The notes beneath the pieces were generated by a model, which made no database searches, was not told the origin of the DNA, and worked only from the letters and a program-made list of their open reading frames with translations. A program made the translations under genes and the position numbers. DNA of 59,562 nucleotides, filler included. It is 4 parts of 4 records of this genome, joined end to end, with 100 filler letters (N's around TTAATTAATTAA, not from the genome) between each part and the next. Parts side by side here need not be neighbours in the genome. Positions count along the whole stretch, not along the records: positions 45,218 to 59,562 come from SRR31156797_7131; 3 more parts are not named here. One strand, written 5' to 3'. Numbering within the stretch: the first letter of the stretch is position 1; each line of letters starts with the position of its first letter. Below are positions 59,060 to 59,562 of this stretch, one piece after another.

Positions 59060-59562
59060 TTATTTAACAATTTTGATGCGATCCATTTTAGGATCTTCGA
59101 ATTTTCCTTTTCCTTTGAGATAGTCAACGATTATTGAAGGAATGCAGTAGCCGGTATCTTTTTTCTTTGAAAGATCTTTTAGAGTTGAATATCCGTCTCC
59201 GCCACCAGCGATAAATGAATTGAATGCAACTTTGTATCTTCTTTTCTTATCAAGAGGTTTTCCGTTGATCTTTACTTCAAGAGCTGAACCTTTGAAAAGT
59301 TTCAAAGAAACGCCTGATACCTGAAGGAAGCCGGGTGAGCCCTGTCCTTTCTCAGCAAAATTATCAAGAATCTCCTGGATCTGGTACCCTGTAAGTTCAG
59401 CAAAGAAAAGTGTGTCACCAAATGGAAAAACGGAATAGACATCTTTTTCTGTGATAACACCTTTTTCAAGACCCTGCCTTATACTTCCGGAATTAATGAA
59501 AGCGATATCCGCTTTGATCTTATCTCTCATAATGTCTGTGATGATGTTTCCAAGTTCAGTCT
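59060..59562 (-). CDS. 5'-nucleotidase C-terminal domain (gene runs off window end)
   Basis: TELGNIITD, NSGSIR, VFPFGD, FLQVSG, FIAGGGDGY; frame open to the window edge. Confidence 0.85.
   Translation of the reverse strand, partial: TELGNIITDIMRDKIKADIAFINSGSIRQGLEKGVITEKDVYSVFPFGDTLFFAELTGYQIQEILDNFAEKGQGSPGFLQVSGVSLKLFKGSALEVKINGKPLDKKRRYKVAFNSFIAGGGDGYSTLKDLSKKKDTGYCIPSIIVDYLKGKGKFEDPKMDRIKIVK

Overview
The window is not one locus. It is four contigs joined by artificial 100-nt spacers (N44-TTAATTAATTAA-N44 at 24741-24840, 39747-39846 and 45118-45217), and they come from at least three organisms. (1) 1-24740 is AT-rich and Bacteroidota-like. It carries a histidine utilisation cluster (ftcd, MarR regulator, hutH, hutU, hutI), a c-type-heme methyl-accepting chemotaxis protein, a degenerate cysteine-hydrolase-fold protein, a GH43/GH39/BACON-GH5 glycanase cluster behind a membrane-spanning AraC regulator, tamA-tamB, a SiaC/DUF1987 gene and two thioredoxin-fold genes. 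(2) 24841-39746 has higher GC and looks like an anaerobic Desulfobacterota. It carries an enoyl-CoA hydratase with an LLM oxidoreductase, a WD40-caspase protein, a serine hydrolase, a CUT2 sugar ABC transporter, and an operon of non-pyrrolysine MttB-family methyltransferase, corrinoid protein, GPH/MFS transporter and homocysteine S-methyltransferase domain. (3) 39847-45117 is similar in style: alpha/beta hydrolase, D-2-hydroxyacid dehydrogenase, PAS-PAS-LuxR regulator and a truncated dimethylglycine-dehydrogenase-like GcvT-family gene. (4) 45218-59562 is an AT-rich housekeeping region: glycerate kinase (partial), priA, galU, dksA, a repeat lipoprotein, a sigma54 response regulator, a porin-like protein, polA, wza, an SMR/DMT protein, a PfkB kinase and a partial 5'-nucleotidase. 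The most interesting candidates are the modular corrinoid methyl-transfer operon, the animal-type FTCD under apparent MarR control, the SusCD-less glycanase regulon with a 21-bp-phased operator, and a pseudoknot-forming intergenic element. I saw no tRNA, rRNA, CRISPR array or transposase. All family calls come from motif recognition, not database searches.
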